Positions 1 through 10,400 of a DNA stretch of 64,000 nucleotides are shown one piece after another. The stretch's first letter is position 1. The number at the start of each line of letters is the position of its first letter. The position numbers and the translations under genes were made by a program. The stretch is from the NCBI GenBank assembly GCA_946965045.2, contig OX337234.1:186001-250000 (forward strand), given 5' to 3'. The notes under the pieces were generated by a model that was given only the letters and a program-made list of their open reading frames with translations, did no database searches and had not been told where the DNA came from. The DNA is from Epithemia pelagica. Its lineage: Eukaryota > Protista > Bacillariophyta.

Positions 1-1
1 C

Positions 2-1235
2 ATGATCATTGTTGATACCATGGCAATTGTACAAGGTGCTCCTGTTGTCGCCATTGTCGCCGTCACCTTATTCCCTGTGGCGATAATGGTTTTGTGCGGA
101 GGAATTGGTTTCTGTGTTTCTCGAAGAAGCATGATGAGTGGTGATCATCCACACGTCGCACTTACTCGAAATGGTATTCGGATCGATACCAACAGCTCCA
201 ATTTTGGCTATGAAACGGTAAGTCTATACCAACTTTCCTGCATTGTTGTTTATGTTTTTGGTTCCCATTCATGCCTGTGCCATTTGTCAACTTATGTACT
301 TTCTTCGCGTTGGTGTTGCATGATACCATATGGGAGCATAGACAAGATACATGTTAATAAGGATTGTGACGCTGAAGTTATCATTATTTCGAACGACCAT
401 TGGAACCTAGTGCGACATCTAGTGGACTCTTATGGTTTCGTCGCCATGGTACAACGCCAGATGGATTGTTATTTGAGTCAACAAAATGATTGTACCGACA
501 AAGAAGAGGCAAGAACAGAGATCTGTGACACTGCCTCGGTTGGTGAAACTGGTCGTACCACCACCACTTCGACTTGGACTGATTCATATTTTGACGATAA
601 GGTCGAGCCATCCGACATGATTGCTGTCTTCGATTATGATCGGGATAGCATGATACGATCTATGAATCGATTTATTTGCATCATCGCCATATTGTCTCCA
701 TTTGTGTACTTGTCCGTGAATGGGTCGGAGCCGAGCATTGGAGACAATGTTTTTGTTGACATGACTCTAAGCTTTATTCTTCCCATGATTCTGGTTGGAG
801 GATTTCTTTCATATCTCTACGTTTCTTCTCTACGACGTATTATGGGCGGCGATCATCCTCATGTCGCTCTTACACGGAAAGGGATTCGGATAGATTACAC
901 AAGCTCCAATTTTGGCTATCGTACGGTATGTTTACTACATTTGAACTGTACATTGGTTGCTTCCTTCATGTTTACACCTAACCCTGCTTCGTGTTTCCTT
1001 TCCCGTGTCGCTACTGGTGGTCCTGACTACTGGTGGTCCTGACTACTGGTGGTCCTGAAAGATACCATATGAAAGTATAGACAAAGTTTACGTCAATCGA
1101 AATTGTGGCATACGGGAAACTATTGTTCGGAAAGACGACCATATCGTGGATCATGAAGGTTTTGTCGCCATGGTACAAAGCCAAGTGGATTGTCGACGAG
1201 AGACTGTATCGGATGAAGCATCAGAAACAGCATGA
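2..1235 (+). CDS. 5'-truncated multi-exon membrane protein with an internally duplicated module (WTDSYFDDK..DxIAVFDYDR..TM-TM..DHPHVALTRxGIRID..IPY); possibly degenerate
   Basis: ORF 2-1042 contains the module twice. Predicted introns 218-322 (acceptor reads TG, not AG) and 926-1061; last exon IPYESIDK...ETA* ends at 1235. Clear paralog at 16033-17665. Confidence 0.55.
1011..1058 (+). repeat. 3 x 16-bp tandem repeat CTACTGGTGGTCCTGA
   Basis: Three exact copies just before the intron acceptor; the paralog (~17297) has a single diverged copy. Confidence 0.9.
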
Positions 1236-1813
1236 GTAAGATATAAAGCGGAAAGGACACCCATGCTCAACAGGATTATGGTTCTGGTCACTGGCTGTAA
1301 GCCGCGAGAACAGCAACGTGCACTTGCCCCAGTCAACAAGCTGTGTACCGAATCTCGCAACATTTGGGAAATGCACAGTTCCATATTTACACTGGTCCAA
1401 CAAGGATTCGACATCTATACACCTCGGGACTATGGGCATGCTTTATCTGTTCTGGAGTCTTCCTTCTCTATGGTATCTTGTTGGTTCCACGTTCTTCGCC
1501 TAGTTTTCCGTTACGAAAACGAAGCACTTGCACAAACTTTTGGATGCGCGTTTGTGCGCTCCCTTTTTGTGTTGCCAGTCAGCCTTCCGACTCCTTCCTT
1601 GCAGTGTCCCAGTTCCATTTATCGTAGGATGATGAAAGCGTACCTTTGGAGAGGAAATAGTACAAGGTAGTTGTGGAAACCCCAGTGGTTGGTGATCCCA
1701 GTGTTCGTCGGAAAGGTTCCAACACACACGACACGATGTTTTGGTCACGTCCTGTGGAACCCCTGTAACTATAAACTGGAGCTACCAGGCCGGAAACCAC
1801 ATGCTCACATATG

Positions 1814-2626
1814 TTAGGCAAAGCTGTTCTCCAAAGTAGTAGTAGTAGTCGATAGTTCCACGAATCCCGGCAATGGTAGTTTGCTCCCATGTTGTTTCCG
1901 AAAGAAGAAGAAGAAGAACACAACTCCGTAACCAGTGAAAACCAGCAAGATGCCCGTGAGCACACCGCTGGCAAACCATTTTGCAGGACTCGTCGTGTCC
2001 TGTGGGGTACTACTATTATTCATTGGAGGAGTCGTTTGTTGCTGCAGTGCGGCTAGTTGTTTCTCCAGTTCCTTGGCTCGCTGTTGCAGCTCGGCTCGTT
2101 GTTGTTCCGCTTGTATTCGTAGTTCTTCCGCTTGTTTTCGAAATTCTTCCGCTTGCTGTTCCAGCTCGGCTTGCTGTTTGTTCAATGCTTCAAGTTGTTT
2201 CGCAAGTTCTGGTGGGATCGTGTCTTGTTGTTCTTCTTGTTCGTTTTGGCTTGTGAATTCACCAGCAGTTCTCGCATCTCTACGAGACTGTTCGCCGCCC
2301 CCAAATCTCCTTGTGGAAGTCGTTGCGATTGACTGGAACGGAGCGACCTTGTCGCGGTCGTAGAATGAGAATGGTTCATTCCTCTGCGTTTGTTCCAACA
2401 AACCTCCCTGCTGTTCCTCCTTCTCCGGCTGCTCCATGCTGCTCCTCAGGACGACGTACCGGTTGGAAGCCTTCCACAACCACACGAACAACGACAACGA
2501 GGGAGGTTCCGAAGAATCAAGCACGGTTCGGGCATTGGTACGAAGAGAGCCACCCACAACAAGGAGAAGAAGAAAGCAGCAAAGAATGACGGTAGTACCT
2601 ATATGAGCCAGAGGATTGTGCCACAT
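1814..2626 (-). CDS. Hypothetical protein with Q/E-rich coiled coil and C-terminal TM segment
   Basis: 270-aa ORF; heptad-like LEALNKQQAELEQQAEEFRKQAEELR; hydrophobic WFASGVLTGILLVFTGYGVVFFFFFF. Confidence 0.5.
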   Translation of the reverse strand: MWHNPLAHIGTTVILCCFLLLLVVGGSLRTNARTVLDSSEPPSLSLFVWLWKASNRYVVLRSSMEQPEKEEQQGGLLEQTQRNEPFSFYDRDKVAPFQSIATTSTRRFGGGEQSRRDARTAGEFTSQNEQEEQQDTIPPELAKQLEALNKQQAELEQQAEEFRKQAEELRIQAEQQRAELQQRAKELEKQLAALQQQTTPPMNNSSTPQDTTSPAKWFASGVLTGILLVFTGYGVVFFFFFFRKQHGSKLPLPGFVELSTTTTTLENSFA

Positions 2627-2832
2627 GGTAAATGATGTCTCCCTTCTTCCTTTTTTGGATCGGCGCTGCTGCTCGAGGCGACTTGCTCATTTTTTCTCTT
2701 GTGTCTCGATCATCCGCGAACTGCCCGCGTCTTGACAGCGACTGCATCATCCCATTCTTCCCCCGAGTCCCGGTGTTATATGCCAAATGATTAATGCGAA
2801 TTTAAACCGATATCATATATCATGTATCATGT

Positions 2833-2937
2833 AGTATGCAGACGAATATCAAGGAACACACCAGATTCTTAGGTCCTTCTCAACGTATGAGAAGGACCTA
2901 AGAATCTGGTGTGTTCCTTGATATTCGTCTGCATACT
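2833..2937. repeat. Perfect inverted repeat, 50-bp arms, 5-nt loop (ACGTA)
   Basis: 2833-2882 AGTATGCAGACG...GTCCTTCTCA is the exact reverse complement of 2888-2937. Confidence 0.95.
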
Positions 2938-3215
2938 CGTACTAGTCCCGTTGAGGTACCCCCGACATCACATCGATGTCTCTCCGACATCAACGGATGA
3001 CATCCAGACATTCTCACTGTCCTGACATTTGCCGGAAGATTTGAAAATTTGTGTCCCGACCATGAACAACCTTTGATTGCCCACCCGAAGGGTGGGTCAC
3101 TGGCGATCACCGAAACCGCGACCTATGAGACACCGATGTATTTTCAAAACCCCCCCACTTTTTCAGAATTTTTCCACTATAGGTATATTTGTACTAATGT
3201 ATGTGTCAGTGACGC

Positions 3216-3680
3216 TTATTCTTTTTCCAGTTGGGCGAGACGTTCTTCCAACCGATCCATCCTCACACTCATCTTTTTCAGAGCAGTCGCCAATTCCTCT
3301 ACTACACCACTCGGAAGTTCGCTGTCCTTGGTCTCCTTGGTCTTGTTTGTAGTTTTCGTCGTACGCGTCCATTCCGAGCTCGGCACTCTTTCCGACGGGT
3401 CCCTAACGAACTGATTCCGATAGCCCGCAATCCGACACACTCCATTCCGTTCGGCCCACAACTGATACTGTAGGTCGTTTTTGAGATGTTCAGGAGCGTC
3501 TTGTTCGTCGTAATGCTTGAGGTTCTTAGGTAGGAATGAACCATGCGCGTTCTTCGGGAACGTGACTGTAACTCTTGGCCAGGTCCTCTGTGGGTCTTGT
3601 ACCTTAGTGACATACCCACACAGTCCTTTTCTAATCCCCGTGAGTGGTACGACGAGATCTCCTAATGCGAATTGCACCAT
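3216..3680 (-). CDS. Hypothetical 154-aa protein, N-terminal KOW/SH3-like beta motif and C-terminal coiled coil
   Basis: FALGDLVVPLTGIRKGLCGYVTKV resembles a KOW-type motif; ends LKKMSVRMDRLEERLAQLEKE. Confidence 0.45.
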   Translation of the reverse strand: MVQFALGDLVVPLTGIRKGLCGYVTKVQDPQRTWPRVTVTFPKNAHGSFLPKNLKHYDEQDAPEHLKNDLQYQLWAERNGVCRIAGYRNQFVRDPSERVPSSEWTRTTKTTNKTKETKDSELPSGVVEELATALKKMSVRMDRLEERLAQLEKE

Positions 3681-3940
3681 TGTTTCGTTGCGTTGCGTTT
3701 TGTTTGTTTGTTGTGTGTCCGATTGCCTCTTTTCCTTCTACTCCCTACACCTACTTCCTATTCATACATATAGATACATAGGATACAACAACGCCAGTAG
3801 TGCCGCGCCATGAATTCAAATCAGTGCAAACCGTTTTGAAACATGGCGCGACTTGCCGACTTTTTTGCTTTTGTTATAGTCGTTCTCAGTTTTTTTGTTG
3901 GATTGTTGTGTTGTTGTAGTTGTTATTCCTACTTTAAGCA

Positions 3941-4720
3941 ATGGCCTATCCGCATCACCCCAACCCCGATGGCGATACGGCTGTGTTCCGTGTCGACGTT
4001 TCCGGCACAGGCGAAAACATCGTCCGAATCCGTGCCGCCATGGACATCATCCTGCCGAAGTGTGGTGTTGCACCAAGAGATTTGGTCAAAATCTCCTACC
4101 GCCATACTCCTCTTCTTTCCGGTTTCAAGTATGACAGTACCATTGACTGCAAGGCCCCGGTTTACAATGGGTTGGTCCTACAAGGTGCTGTTTTGCGCTC
4201 GGTAGCACCGCCAGGGTTCTGGCAAGTGGAACTTCCCCCCGAAAAAAGGTTTTTGGATCGTTGTATTACTGTCACACTTTACTATCTAACGTACATTGGC
4301 GGTTTCAAAATTTCGTCGCAGAAGGTGCAGTGTGGCTATTTATTTATTATCGAGAATGGATGGACGGAAGACTGGGATGACGTGGGCGTATCCACGATCT
4401 CCATCACCCAACCAGTCCCTGGTCTGACATCATCGGAACTCCGACAAATTCCTAACGCGACTGCACGCAACCAGATGGAAATGGTTACGGAAGAAGATGG
4501 GTACGACGTAGACTCCGATGGAGAACCTGCCGCTCAGGAGCTCGTACTACGGTACACATGGGCCAACTCTACTCCCGAACGCCGCCCAACCCAGATGCAG
4601 TTGCTGGAACATACCCTTACTAAGCCTCGTCCGCCGGGGTATGTTCCCAAACGTCTTATGATTGTGGAAAGGAAGCCTAAGAACGACGACAATGACAACG
4701 AGAACAATAATGCAGCGTAA
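3941..4720 (+). CDS. Hypothetical 259-aa protein, candidate accessory ORF of the YR element
   Basis: Complex-composition ATG ORF, divergent from 3216-3680 and convergent with the recombinase 3' end; no family recognised. Confidence 0.55.
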   Translation: MAYPHHPNPDGDTAVFRVDVSGTGENIVRIRAAMDIILPKCGVAPRDLVKISYRHTPLLSGFKYDSTIDCKAPVYNGLVLQGAVLRSVAPPGFWQVELPPEKRFLDRCITVTLYYLTYIGGFKISSQKVQCGYLFIIENGWTEDWDDVGVSTISITQPVPGLTSSELRQIPNATARNQMEMVTEEDGYDVDSDGEPAAQELVLRYTWANSTPERRPTQMQLLEHTLTKPRPPGYVPKRLMIVERKPKNDDNDNENNNAA

Positions 4721-4893
4721 CCTATTCTAGAAATGAGTTGAGAGTTCCAAATTTCAATTGTAAACTAGTAGTTAATATAGAAAAAAGACTGGCCCACCAC
4801 CACCCACCCAGCACTGGACCATTCCCCAGTGTCATCACTCACCAGGGCCATGTCCAGAACCAGGCGCCCAGCCTTGGTATTGTTGCGTCTTCT

Positions 4894-5574
4894 TTATCTT
4901 TTGCATATGCATTTGTATGACACTCTGTTAATTTTCTCCATTGAACCAAAGAAAGCCACCCTATCACCATTGTAACACTCGCCAATACACTTTTCCACTC
5001 GTCCCACGCTCGTCCTGATTCTCTTGAGCCACTGGTAATCTCTTGGAACGAACCCCTTATTCTTGCCCTTGTACTTCGACACCACCTCCTTCATCTTCTC
5101 ATAGACATCCTCATTTGAACCATCAAACCCAGTCAGTTCCACACGGTCATCATCCAATGCCACTTGGTGCTCCACAGGTCCAGCTCGTTGCTCTTCTCTT
5201 GTCAAGTTCCTTTGTTTCTTCTTTTGTCGTTGTCTTTCTGCGTCGTCTTCTTCGTCCCTTCCACGTACCTTTTCCGGTGTCACTAAGGCCATTCCATTAT
5301 TTGTTGTTGTCTGCTGCTGTAGCTCCACTGCCTCTGCTGCCTCTGCCGCTTCCAGGTCCAAACTCTTTTTGAAGCACTCGGAAAATAGACGAGATGCTTC
5401 CAACCTTGTTTGGTCGTCTGGAAATCGGTGAAATAGATGGCGAAGTTGTTCGAATGGTGTTTCGTCTCCTTTTTTACCAAGGGAAAGTTGGTAAATTTCC
5501 GACCAATGATAATCGGATTGACAATCTAGCGCGTCCCTTACGTACCAATCAGCCAACTCCGTTATAGATAAGGA
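4894..5574 (-). CDS. Tyrosine recombinase, exon 2 (3' part, beyond the copia insertion)
   Basis: Joining 13964 to 5574 (one TSD removed) gives ...STRT|SLSITELADWYVRDALDC..., in frame with ORF 4894-5556; total ~802 aa. Confidence 0.8.
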   Translation of the reverse strand, partial: SLSITELADWYVRDALDCQSDYHWSEIYQLSLGKKGDETPFEQLRHLFHRFPDDQTRLEASRLFSECFKKSLDLEAAEAAEAVELQQQTTTNNGMALVTPEKVRGRDEEDDAERQRQKKKQRNLTREEQRAGPVEHQVALDDDRVELTGFDGSNEDVYEKMKEVVSKYKGKNKGFVPRDYQWLKRIRTSVGRVEKCIGECYNGDRVAFFGSMEKINRVSYKCICKR

Positions 5575-5579
5575 GGTCC

Positions 5580-6362
5580 TGTTAGAATTCTCACCGTCTA
5601 TGGTGGTTAGATTCTACATCTCATCGATTCCCCATGTCACATAGCCTCGTGCTATTGCATCATGCCCTCTAGCTTCGAGCTATGTTTCCTAGCTTCGCGC
5701 TATATCGACCTATATTTCTTCGCAAATCATGAAAAGTGAGAATAGATTGACGAACTCACTCTCAAGACTAAACTGGGTCGTGCGGTATTACAACGGACAT
5801 AAATTTGGCCGTTGCTCGGACATTATACTAACGCCCTAAGCGTACGCGCCCGAAATCATCGAGCGCGCCCAAGCGACATCCGAGCGCTATCGGCATCTAT
5901 CCGATCCAACGGTCTAAGTATCCCAAGCACGACACACGATCACGCGAGACCATATTTCCATTCCCACAATCTCCAAATTGTCAACAAGCTGCGCGCCATG
6001 AAAACAACTATGCCAACCCAAAGCAAGAGCTGTTGACCCTGTATATGTTATCCGCCCACATATACATGTCATATACATCACATGAATCAACTCCAACTAT
6101 TCCAAACCTGTTGCCGCCAAGAACCTATGACACATGACCCTTGGCAGGACCGAACATTTCACGTAGACCTATCGTAGTAATCAACACACAATCTAACAAT
6201 ATCACCATTTATCACATCCTCTTTTGTGTCCCGACTATCCTTCTGATAGACTTCGACTTGCTTGCTTCTCTGACCCTGAGAAGCTTGTATCGGTTGGTGA
6301 CCTACCTGATTGTCTGCTCTACCGAGCATCAATGTCCCTACGATTCAGAAAGAATTGTAACA
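5580..6362 (+). repeat. 5' LTR (783 bp)
   Basis: Direct repeat of 13181-13963 (offset 7601); only one mismatch seen by eye (5592 C vs 13193 T). Confidence 0.97.
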
Positions 6363-6373
6363 GATTAACAGTC
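6363..6373 (+). promoter_or_regulatory. Primer-binding site, probably complementary to the tRNA-Asn(GTT) anticodon arm
   Basis: GATTAACAGTC directly follows the LTR; its reverse complement GACTGTTAATC is the anticodon stem-loop sequence of tRNA-Asn as known from yeast and E. coli. Confidence 0.55.
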
Positions 6374-6398
6374 TCAAAGCTTATTTCCTTGTGGTTTC

Positions 6399-7178
6399 AT
6401 GGATACTAACGAGATTATCACTCCTGTACGACAGATCTATCGAGCCAACCTGCATCCCGGGCAGCCCGATACCCTGGTACAGCAGGAACTGGTGCCGACG
6501 CCGAAGGCAGCCAACACATCGGTCAACATCTCCGTCGACAGTTCCAACAGCAACCCATTCGAGACTCCAACCCAGCCTCACGCTCCAATCCCTGCGCCGT
6601 TGCTTCGGCCCCCGAGTCCGCCTCGTCGGCTCGTCCCTTCTCGATCCCGTCGTACCACCCGGTTGATTGCTGATCATATCAAGTACTTCCGCCAACCAAC
6701 TTGTTCGACCTTCGATCCCGAGATCATCCGTGGGGAGACCCAGATCGAACGCCAGTTCCAATCGGTGACCCACATCGTCGACCAAGAAGACATTGACCGT
6801 CTGAACGACCAACTTCATCGTTCTCCGAGGCGTCGCCTCATCTTTGCCGCCCTCTCGGGCAACCCCATCCGTACTGTCCACCTCCGCTTCCTAACCTTCG
6901 AGCGCCCAACTGGATACTACAATACCATCCACGTCGTGAACGCGACGACTTGCCCTCTGCCTCCTAACGTTGTACGCCTAGATAACTACGTTGCCTACAT
7001 CCACGAGGTCCATACCATCGAGGACCATCGTGCAACTATCTACCCTTTGCGTGCCGAGGTCGAGAACCACCTGGCTGAAGGTGATTCCCCTTCTTCTGTT
7101 GCTTGTGCTGCCCCATCTGAGCCTGGAAGCGACTCTGATCATTCGGAAGAGGGTGAGGATTCGGAGACCGAAGCTTAA
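6399..7178 (+). CDS. Extra ORF of the copia element upstream of gag-pol (259 aa, unknown function)
   Basis: Uninterrupted ATG ORF between PBS and gag; Pro-rich N-terminus, acidic C-terminus. Confidence 0.7.
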   Translation: MDTNEIITPVRQIYRANLHPGQPDTLVQQELVPTPKAANTSVNISVDSSNSNPFETPTQPHAPIPAPLLRPPSPPRRLVPSRSRRTTRLIADHIKYFRQPTCSTFDPEIIRGETQIERQFQSVTHIVDQEDIDRLNDQLHRSPRRRLIFAALSGNPIRTVHLRFLTFERPTGYYNTIHVVNATTCPLPPNVVRLDNYVAYIHEVHTIEDHRATIYPLRAEVENHLAEGDSPSSVACAAPSEPGSDSDHSEEGEDSETEA

Positions 7179-7498
7179 TTACTCATAGTTAACTCCCGTC
7201 CTCTCAAAACCTTTCCAAGACTTAAACTCAACGCACATCCGGGTACCCTTGGTCGCACAACACGCCACACATTCCCGTCAAATCGCGAAAATTCGGCGAA
7301 AATTTGTTGAAACTCGGCGAAAATTTGTCGAAATCAACGGAAATTTCCAGGAGTCGCACATCACAACACACATCCGGGTATCACATACGTGGTACATACG
7401 TGGCACACGTGGTACATCCGGGTTCACATCACATCACACATTAAATAAACCACATCACACCGCACATTAAATAAACATCGAACCAACCAAATAACACC

Positions 7499-10400
7499 AT
7501 GGATCCTCAATCACCCAAGACACCTACGACTCCTAAGGGAGAAGATAACCAAGACAATGTCTCGGACACAGACCTATTCGACCACATCATATTTACTGTC
7601 TGCCAATTCTTCACCAAAGAAAGGGCCGACTACTTAATGAAGTGGATGAAATACCATGGTTTTGAGAACATTACCCATGTTATCTCGTATATGCAAACTA
7701 ATACCGAGGAATCCATGAAGGAACTGACACAATACAAGGTCAACAAACAGACACATGATCTACAAGGCCCCACAAGACAGCAGATCAAGCTCTTGGCTTA
7801 TTGGGCCACATACAAGACCAATGAAATTCAAGACGAGCTATCCAATAGCGACTGGATGAACCTAACGAGGAAAGAGTTCAACACTTGGAGGATCAACACA
7901 GATTTCTCTAAGGGACCACCTAGTCAAGTCCCAGTCTCGCCAATGAAGTCACCGTCATCTGTGAAATCTGTCAGCACAGTTACTGCCGCATCCCAATCTC
8001 AACAAGACCTTACAGCATTCAGAAAGGGAACTAAGCGCGACGCAACTGCATACGAGGTATTCAAGGATGAACGATACTACGATTCATTCTGGCGTGTATT
8101 CAAGACTACAGCTAAGGCTCAAGGCCTATCCAACGTTCTGAATTTCAAATACACACCACCCCATGATGATGAGTATGCCGAAGAACTTTTTCAAGAGCAA
8201 CAAGTATTTCTTTACTCCGTTCTTGTCCGTATCATTCAGACTGACCAAGGTCGAGCCTATGTACGTGAACATGAACATGATGAAGATGCGCGTGCTGTAT
8301 TGCAGAAGTTACACTCTTTGCATACCGAATCCGACCTAGCAAAGCGAGAAGTCCTCCGCTTAACCAACTACATTTCCAATCTACGTCTTGACGACACATG
8401 GCGCGGAACAACACGTCAATTTCTTCTACACTTTCAAGAGCAGCTACGTTTGCTAGACAATTTAGTGACATTGTCTGATCGCATCCCTGATCATACCAGG
8501 ATGACCTTCCTCATGCAAGCTGTAGAAAAGGTACCTGATCTCCGCCGAGTCAAGATCTTGGATAATGTGGTGAACACCAAATCCGGTGCAAAATCCCTTT
8601 GCTATCAATCATACTTCCGTCTCCTTCTAGACGCAGCTTATGACCATGATCAAGCAACCCAGTCATCTGTTCATAGTCGCCGTCGACATGTCAAACAACA
8701 TGAATCACTATATGGCCAAGATACAGATGCTGACATAACCTCACAAGATGATATGGAGTATCATGTCCACAACACCAAAGCGACATCTGAATCTCCATCC
8801 TCTTCGTCCAAGGTTAGTCTACCGCGTGACCTATGGTTCAAACTTTCTGAAGAAGATCGCAAGTTGATCATTGAGTATAACAAGATGATTCAAGCACCTT
8901 CATCAACAACACCGAGGACAGTGCAAACACATGCCCTCGACATTGATCCGGAACCTGATCCTGACCCCAACCAAGTTGCATCTGATGACGACTCACCTGG
9001 CGTAGTCCCTGAGCATTCAGATGATTCAGATCCGGTTACACAATTTATCAACCAAGCCATGACGACTGATATCAATCACCCGGCAACTGACCTGACTAGT
9101 GTTCTTTCTAACGCCAAGTCCAAGACAAGCAAGAAGGTTACTTTCAAAGCCAACATGCATAAACAAGCAGGACATGTCCCACGCTATCTGTTTTCCAGGA
9201 AATCTACTTTACCAGGGAATCAATTGATTGACCGTGGTGCTAATGGAGGACTTGCTGGTTCTGACATGCGCATCCTTTCTAAGACTGGCCGTCATATCAC
9301 TATTGTGGGTATTGATAACCATGAACTTACTGGGCTTCCTGTCGTCACATGTGCCGCAAAGTTTGAGACCAATGATGGACCTATTGTCGGCATCTTCAAT
9401 GAATATGCTTATTATGGGAAGGGCTTATCTATCCATGCTCCTGGTCAATTCGAGCATTTCGGACTTGCTGTTGATGAACGATCTGTTAAAGTTGATGGTA
9501 AACAACGCATCACTACACTTGATGGTCGTGCCATACCCCTTCACATCAAGGATGGGTTAGCCTACATCCACTCCTTGGGTATCCCCAGCGACGATGACAT
9601 GGATACCTTACCTCAGATCATCTTCACGTCACCCGACACATGGGATCCTGGTGTTCTGGACCATTCGTATTCTCCCACACCCTCTGACAATGATCCTGAT
9701 TGGAAACACGTCAAGACTGATGGTAGTATGTCGAACCATCCATATGACAACTATGGGGAGTACACTGATCGTGTTGTTTGTAACCTCAATCTCCTCTTGG
9801 ATCTCCCATATGATCATGGACCTGACGACGCACCCTTCTTTTCTATCTATGCTGACGCAGAAGGTAATGATCCTACACTTCATGCCTCTGTCCACCGTCG
9901 TTACCAGGAAGCGTATGACTGGAAGAAGTTCCGTCCATTCTTTGGTTGGCAATCTGAAGATGTTATTGCCGATACGTTCAAGCACACTACACGTAATGGT
10001 AGCATTACTTTTGACCACGACACCCTCAAGAAACATTTCAAGGCTCGCAATCCGGTCCTTAATATACCTCGACGTCATGAACCCGTTGCTACTGACTCGG
10101 TTTTCTCCGACACCCCTGCTGTTGACCATGGCGGTAAAGTCGCACAAATCTTTGTTGGTCGAGATACTCTGGTTACTGATATCTATGGGATCAAGTCGAC
10201 CAAACAGTTTGTCAATACTCTCCAGGATAACATCCGGTTTCGTGGTGCCATGGAGACCCTTATCAGTGATGGTGGTTCATCTCTCATCTCTCAAAAGGTC
10301 AAAGACATTCTTCGCACTTTGCTTATTGGGGAGTATCGATCTGAACCTTATCATCAACACCAGAATAAGGCTGAAAACCGTTATCAGACCGTTAAACGTA

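Noticed and set aside
5812-6409. Small ORFs repeated at 13413-14035
   Set aside because: They lie inside the LTRs and are identical only because the LTRs are; no coding evidence.
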